A stretch of DNA of 64,000 nucleotides, taken from Alphaproteobacteria bacterium (GTDB taxonomy: Bacteria > Pseudomonadota > Alphaproteobacteria > Bin95). The notes below the pieces were generated by a model. The model had not been told where the DNA came from. It worked only from the letters and a program-made list of their open reading frames with translations, and searched no databases. Each line of letters starts with the position of its first letter. Position 1 is the first letter of the stretch. A program made the position numbers and the translations under genes. The DNA is taken from contig OZ244041.1 in assembly GCA_965215305.1 (NCBI GenBank), positions 2,376,653 to 2,440,652 of the forward strand, in the 5' to 3' direction. This document shows positions 59,123 to 64,000 of the stretch, in pieces.

Positions 59123-60127
59123 ATGCGCGAACTCGTCCTTACCCTCAACCGCCTGCTCTGGCTGGCGCCCACGCTTCTGGGGCTGCTGGCCATCACCTTC
59201 ACGATCAGCCACATCATCCCGGCCGATCCCATCGCCTTTATCGCGGGCGACAATGCCAGCGCCGAGCAGATCGCCGCGCTCAAGGCGAAATTCGGGGTGG
59301 ACAAGCCCATCCCGGTGCAGCTCTGGAACTATGTCGCCGGCGTCGTCCAGGGCGATTTCGGCGTCAGTCTCTATACCCAGCGGCCGATAGCGGACGATCT
59401 GGCCTCCCGCCTTCCGGCCACGCTCGAACTCGCGTTCGTCAGCATCCTGCTTTCGGCCGTTATCGGAGTTCCCCTCGGCGTGCTGGCCGCGGTGAACCGC
59501 AATTCCTGGCTCGACCACGTGCTGCGCATCTTCACCGTCTCCGGCCTTGCCATTGCCGCCTTCTGGCTCGCCATCCTGTTCCAGCTTCTGTTCGCGATGG
59601 AGTGGGGCGCAACGCCCCTGCAGGGGCGGATCGACGGATGGGGCCCCGATACCGTCACCGGCTTCTTCCTGATCGACTCGATTTGGACCGGCGACTGGGA
59701 GGCCTTCCGCTCGGCCGCGCACCACATGGTGCTGCCGGCGGTCACGCTCGCCTTTCCCGCCATGGCCACCGTGATGCGTTTCACCCGCGCCGGCGTGCTC
59801 GACGCCATCAACTCCAACTATGTCGATTACCAGAACGCCATGGGCGTGCCCCGCCGTGTCGTCGTCTGGCGCTATGTGCTGCGGAACGCGCTGATCGGCA
59901 CGGTGACGCAACTCGGGCTCATCTTCGGCAATCTGATCGCGAATGCTGTCGTCGTGGAGGCCGTGTTCGACTGGCCGGGCCTCGGCCTCTACGCGGTCAA
60001 CTCGATCCTGCAATCGGACTACAACGCCATCATGGGCTTCACACTCATCATGGGCGCGGTGTTCATCATCGCGAACCTGCTGGTGGACATCGTCCACGGC
60101 CTGATCGACCCGCGCGAGGCCGGCTGA
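59123..60127 (+). CDS. ABC transporter permease (DppB/OppB type)
   Basis: Six hydrophobic segments; MRFTRAGVLDAINSNYVDYQNAMGV EAA-loop region. Confidence 0.9.
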   Translation: MRELVLTLNRLLWLAPTLLGLLAITFTISHIIPADPIAFIAGDNASAEQIAALKAKFGVDKPIPVQLWNYVAGVVQGDFGVSLYTQRPIADDLASRLPATLELAFVSILLSAVIGVPLGVLAAVNRNSWLDHVLRIFTVSGLAIAAFWLAILFQLLFAMEWGATPLQGRIDGWGPDTVTGFFLIDSIWTGDWEAFRSAAHHMVLPAVTLAFPAMATVMRFTRAGVLDAINSNYVDYQNAMGVPRRVVVWRYVLRNALIGTVTQLGLIFGNLIANAVVVEAVFDWPGLGLYAVNSILQSDYNAIMGFTLIMGAVFIIANLLVDIVHGLIDPREAG

Positions 60128-60984
60128 TGGAAACCGCCCGCTTTCTCCTGCGCAAGCTCGCCGCGGACCGGACGGCGGCGCTGGGCGCACTCCTCATCAT
60201 GCTGCTGATCGTCGTGGCCATCGCCGCGCCGGTGCTCTCCACGCACCCGCAGGACATCTCCGAGTTCAACCCGCCGGGTCGCCTCCAGCCGCCTTCGGCC
60301 GAGCATTTCTTCGGCACGGACCGCATGGGCTCTGATGTCTATTCGCGCATACTGTTCGGGGCGCGGATTACCATCACCATCGCCGTCATCGCCATTGGCG
60401 TCAGCGTGCTGATCGGCGTGCCTGTCGGCCTGGTCGCCGGCTACTACCGCAACTGGGTCTCGGATGCGCTGATGCGCATATCCGACATTTTCCTGGCCGT
60501 GCCGCAGATTGTGCTCGCCATCGCCATCGCCCAGACGCTCGGCCCCTCCATCGAGAATGTCATCCTGGCGCTCTCCGCCACCTACTGGCCCTTCTGGACG
60601 CGGCTCGTCTATGCGGAGACCCGCTCGGCGCTGAACGAGACCTATGTGGAAGCCTCCATCGCGCTTGGCGCTTCGCCCGGACGGGTGATGCTGCTGCATG
60701 TCCTGCCCAACATCTCGTCCTCCCTCATCGTCCGCACCACGATCGGCATGGGCGGCACGATACTGACCGCCGCGACACTCGGTTTCCTCGGCCTCGGCCC
60801 TCCGGCGCCGTCTCCGGAATGGGGGCGCACCATTGCCGAATCGCGCGAATTCCTGCCGGAAGCCTGGTGGTATGCCACGGCGCCGGGCCTCGCTATCTTC
60901 CTCGTCGTCATGGGCTTCAACCTGTTCGGAGACGGGCTGCGCGACATCCTCGACCCCCGCACCCGGCGGTCTTCCGATGGATGA
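60127..60984 (+). CDS. ABC transporter permease (DppC/OppC type)
   Basis: HFFGTDRMGSDVYSRILFGAR and YVEASIALGASPGRVMLLHVLPN signatures; ATG overlaps upstream stop. Confidence 0.9.
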   Translation: METARFLLRKLAADRTAALGALLIMLLIVVAIAAPVLSTHPQDISEFNPPGRLQPPSAEHFFGTDRMGSDVYSRILFGARITITIAVIAIGVSVLIGVPVGLVAGYYRNWVSDALMRISDIFLAVPQIVLAIAIAQTLGPSIENVILALSATYWPFWTRLVYAETRSALNETYVEASIALGASPGRVMLLHVLPNISSSLIVRTTIGMGGTILTAATLGFLGLGPPAPSPEWGRTIAESREFLPEAWWYATAPGLAIFLVVMGFNLFGDGLRDILDPRTRRSSDG

Positions 60985-61996
60985 ACTGCTGACCGTCACC
61001 GATCTCGAAGTCGGCTTCCGGACCGACCGCGGCCTCGCCCAGGTGCTCGACCGCGTAAATCTCCATGTCGGACGCGGCGAGATCGTGGGCCTGGTCGGGG
61101 AGTCCGGCTGCGGGAAGACGACGCTGGCGCGCGCAATCCTGGGTGTGCTGCCGGCCAACTCGGCGCGCATCTCCTCCGGCGTCATCGACTTCGACGGGCG
61201 CAACCTGCTGGCGGAGGACCCGCAGGATCTGGCGACGGAAGTCCGCGGCCGGCAGATCACCTTTGTGCCGCAGGACCCGTTCTCGTCCTTCAACCCGGTC
61301 TTCACCATCGGCGCCCAGATCGAGGAGCTGATGAAGTGGAAATCGCCGGACGCCGCGCCTGCCGCCTCCCGCTTCTATCCCCGCGCGCGCCGCCGGTCGG
61401 ACCGCGCCCGCGTTCTCGAACTCCTGCGCACGGTCCAGCTGCCTGACCCCGAAGGCATCCTGCAGAAATATCCGCATGAAGTGTCCGGCGGCCAGCGTCA
61501 GCGCCTGATGATCGCCATGGCGCTACTGCCCGAGCCGCAGCTCATCATCGCCGACGAGCCGACGACCGCGCTTGATGTCACGATCCAGGCCCAGATCCTC
61601 AAGCTGCTGAAGCGCCTGGCGGTCGAGCGCCGTGTCTCGGTGCTCTTCACGACGCATGATCTCGGCACGGCCTATGAGATTTGCGACCGCGTCACCGTCA
61701 TGTATGCGGGCCAGGAAGTCGAAAGCGCGCCTTCGGACGACTTCTTCGCCGCCCCGCGCCACCCCTACACGAAGCGGCTGCTGGAATCGCTGCCGTCGCG
61801 CGAGCACGGCATCAGCGGCATACCCGGCCAGATTCCGGCGCTGATCGATCCGCCGACGGGCTGCCGCTTCCATCCGCGCTGCGATCGTGCGAGCGCGCGC
61901 TGCACCGCCCACCGCCCCGATGTTTTGCAGGCCGGTCCCGCCCACCTGGTTCGCTGCCACCATCCGGTGGAGATCGTCCGGGAGGCCGCGTCATGA
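60977..61996 (+). CDS. ABC transporter ATP-binding protein (DppD/OppD type)
   Basis: Walker A GESGCGKTT, signature VSGGQRQRLMIA, Walker B LIIADEPTTALD, C-terminal oligopeptide domain. Confidence 0.9.
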   Translation: MDELLTVTDLEVGFRTDRGLAQVLDRVNLHVGRGEIVGLVGESGCGKTTLARAILGVLPANSARISSGVIDFDGRNLLAEDPQDLATEVRGRQITFVPQDPFSSFNPVFTIGAQIEELMKWKSPDAAPAASRFYPRARRRSDRARVLELLRTVQLPDPEGILQKYPHEVSGGQRQRLMIAMALLPEPQLIIADEPTTALDVTIQAQILKLLKRLAVERRVSVLFTTHDLGTAYEICDRVTVMYAGQEVESAPSDDFFAAPRHPYTKRLLESLPSREHGISGIPGQIPALIDPPTGCRFHPRCDRASARCTAHRPDVLQAGPAHLVRCHHPVEIVREAAS

Positions 61997-62985
61997 CGGC
62001 TGCCGGCGCGGGCCTGCTGCGGCTTGAGAGCCTGCAGAAATACTTCCCGATCCGCGATGTCTGGAAACGCCGCACCGGCTGGCTGAAGGCGGTGGATGAT
62101 GTGTCACTCACGGTCGAGAAGGGCGAAATCCTGGGCATTGTCGGCGAGTCGGGCTGCGGCAAGTCCACTCTCGGCAAGACGGTGATGGGCATCCACCGCC
62201 CGACCGGCGGCCGGATTGTCTTTGAGGGCAACGACATCACCGACCTCAAGCCGTACCAGTCGCGCGAGCTCCGCCGCGAGCTGCAATACACTTACCAGGA
62301 CCCCGGCGCCTCGCTCGATCCGCGCTGGAAGATCGGCAAGTCGCTGGACGAGCCTCTACTTATCCACACCGGCCTCGGCAGCGCCGCGCGTCGCGAACGG
62401 GTGCAGGAAATCCTCTCCGCCGTCGGCCTGCCGGAAGGCCATCTCGACCTTTACCCGCATGAAATCTCCGGCGGCCAGCAGCGCCGCGTCGGCCTCGCGC
62501 GCATCCTCACCCTGCAGCCGAGCCTCGTGGTGCTGGACGAACCGACCTCCGGCCTTGATGTTTCGGTTCAGGCGACCGTGCTCAACCTGTTCCTCGACCT
62601 ACAGAAACAGTTCGACCTCACCTATGTCTTCATCTCACACGACCTCAGCGTCGTGCGCATGATCTGCGACCGCGTCGCCGTCATGTATCTCGGTAAGGTG
62701 GTGGAGCTGGGCGCGACGGAGCGGCTGTTCAGCGCGCCCCGCCATCCCTATACCCGCTCGCTGCTCTCGGCGATCCCCGAGATCGGTAAGCAGCGGATCA
62801 CCGACACTTTCTGGCTGGAGGGCGAGCCTCCCGATCCCGGCAACCTTCCTTCGGGTTGCCGCTTCCGCACGCGCTGCCCGCTGGCCGCGCCCGAATGCGC
62901 GGCCGAGATTCCGCCATTGGTCGAGCACTTGCCTGCCCATGCCGACGCCTGCCTGTTCTCCGACCGCGTCGTCCCCGGAGCCTGA
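61993..62985 (+). CDS. ABC transporter ATP-binding protein (DppF/OppF type)
   Basis: Walker A GESGCGKST, signature ISGGQQRRVGLA, Walker B LVVLDEPTSGLD; ATGA overlap. Confidence 0.9.
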   Translation: MTAAGAGLLRLESLQKYFPIRDVWKRRTGWLKAVDDVSLTVEKGEILGIVGESGCGKSTLGKTVMGIHRPTGGRIVFEGNDITDLKPYQSRELRRELQYTYQDPGASLDPRWKIGKSLDEPLLIHTGLGSAARRERVQEILSAVGLPEGHLDLYPHEISGGQQRRVGLARILTLQPSLVVLDEPTSGLDVSVQATVLNLFLDLQKQFDLTYVFISHDLSVVRMICDRVAVMYLGKVVELGATERLFSAPRHPYTRSLLSAIPEIGKQRITDTFWLEGEPPDPGNLPSGCRFRTRCPLAAPECAAEIPPLVEHLPAHADACLFSDRVVPGA

Positions 62986-63082
62986 AACGCCGCCGCCACA
63001 CTTTTGTCGCCGCACTGGACGCATGCAGGCTGTAGCGACAGTCTCGGGCTCGAACGCGGTTCCGTCGCGAACGGATTCCGCT

Positions 63083-64000
63083 TCAGATTGCTTCTTCGCG
63101 GCGCAAGGCGGCGATTTCCTCTCCGGAGAAGCCGAACCCGGCCAGCACCTCGCCGGTATGCTCACCGATGAGCGGCGGCGGCCGGTCGGTGCCGCGGGCG
63201 GTGTTTGCACCGTGGAAAGGCAGGTCAACATAGACGCCTTGGCCGCCGCCAAGCGCTTGCTGGCGCGCAACCGGCTGGAACGCGCCACGATGGGCGAGCT
63301 GGCGGTCCTCGCAGACTTGCGGCACGGATGCCACCCGGCTCGCCGGCACGCCGGCCTCAGCAAGACGCGCCTCCCAGGCGCCGGCATCGGCCGCCGCCAG
63401 CGCCGTGACAATCTCTCTGCGAAGCGCATCAGCATGCGCGATCCGATCCGGCGTCGTGGCGAAACGCGGATCCTCGCAGAGGTCTTCGCGTCCGATCGCG
63501 CGGGCAAGAGAGACGAACTGGCCTTCTGTCGGTGCGGCCACCATCAGGAAGCCGTCCGCGGTCGGAAAGGCGTCGGAGGTCGGGTTGCCGGTCTGGGACC
63601 TGTTGCCGTTCAGCCGTGGCTCCTGTCCGTTCACCTGCCAAGGGGTGATCGTCGGCGCCATAATGCCGACCGCGGTGTCGAGCATGGAGAGGTCGAGATG
63701 GTCGCCCTCGCCGGTGCGCTCGCGATGGTAGAGCGCAGCCGAGATGGCGAAGCAGGCCTGGATAGCGGTCGCCATGTCGGTCAGCCAGTAGCCGGTCTTG
63801 AGCGGCCCCGTCTCCGGTAGGCCTGTGACCGCCATCATGCCGGACGCGGCCTGGATCGACGGGTCGTAGGCGGCGGCGGGCGCGCGCGGCCCCGACTGGC
63901 CATATCCCGATATGGAGCAATAGACGAGGCGCGGATTGACCTGCTTCAGCGCCTCGTAGCCGAGGCCCATACGGTCCATCGTGCCGGCCTTGAAGTTCTG
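63083..64000 (-). CDS. family III CoA-transferase (CaiB/BaiF), 5'-partial (N-terminus beyond window end)
   Basis: Frame stays open to base 64000 (QNFKAGTMDRMGLGYEAL..); NPRLVYCSISGYGQSGP motif. Confidence 0.85.
   Translation of the reverse strand, partial: QNFKAGTMDRMGLGYEALKQVNPRLVYCSISGYGQSGPRAPAAAYDPSIQAASGMMAVTGLPETGPLKTGYWLTDMATAIQACFAISAALYHRERTGEGDHLDLSMLDTAVGIMAPTITPWQVNGQEPRLNGNRSQTGNPTSDAFPTADGFLMVAAPTEGQFVSLARAIGREDLCEDPRFATTPDRIAHADALRREIVTALAAADAGAWEARLAEAGVPASRVASVPQVCEDRQLAHRGAFQPVARQQALGGGQGVYVDLPFHGANTARGTDRPPPLIGEHTGEVLAGFGFSGEEIAALRREEAI

Overview
High-GC chromosomal segment of alphaproteobacterial type. The taxon is inferred from gene content and order (ubiG divergent from lysC, lysC near ptsP, pcm-tolC-DUF2497-valS, ybjN-proC). 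I found no rRNA, tRNA or CRISPR array by eye.

Layout:
(1) 1-32.0 kb holds tightly packed core genes, many with 4-nt ATGA start/stop overlaps. They are a Fic fragment, GST, a hydrolase, two luciferase-like oxidoreductases, ubiG, lysC, an NMO-like reductase, ptsP, a rodZ-like gene, ispG, hisS, prfA, prmC, a valine-catabolism trio, a glycine-amidinotransferase homologue, serC, serA, hisZ, purA, rpmB, proC, ybjN-like, pcm-like, tolC, popZ-like and valS.
(2) 32.1-32.4 kb is an array of REP-like hairpin repeats.
(3) About 32.45-43.9 kb is a mosaic, heavily decayed integrative island. It contains an internally deleted P4-type integrase, a Slam/DUF560 barrel stump, and a visibly AT-richer module of three secreted/lipoprotein genes with no clear family. 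It also carries a Calx-beta module whose autotransporter is cut by an IS21 end, a gutted IS21 fused to a 5'-truncated DUF2493 gene, and an intact ICE-type ssb. It ends in a ~1.6-1.9 kb gene-free block built almost entirely of several direct-repeat families.
(4) 43.9-64 kb is a catabolic/transport locus. It has an 8-oxoguanine-deaminase-like amidohydrolase, LysR, and a six-gene minus-strand operon with two HyuA/HyuB pairs, an SDR and a PrpD/MmgE protein. Divergent from that operon are an SDR and a five-gene peptide/opine-type ABC importer, followed by a partial family III CoA-transferase.

The best candidates for something new are the repeat block next to ssb and the low-GC lipoprotein module, which includes a split C2-like, Cys-rich lipoprotein. 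I cannot show from sequence alone that either is a functional system.

Many long ORFs in the track, up to 1515 aa, are antisense artefacts of high GC and were rejected.
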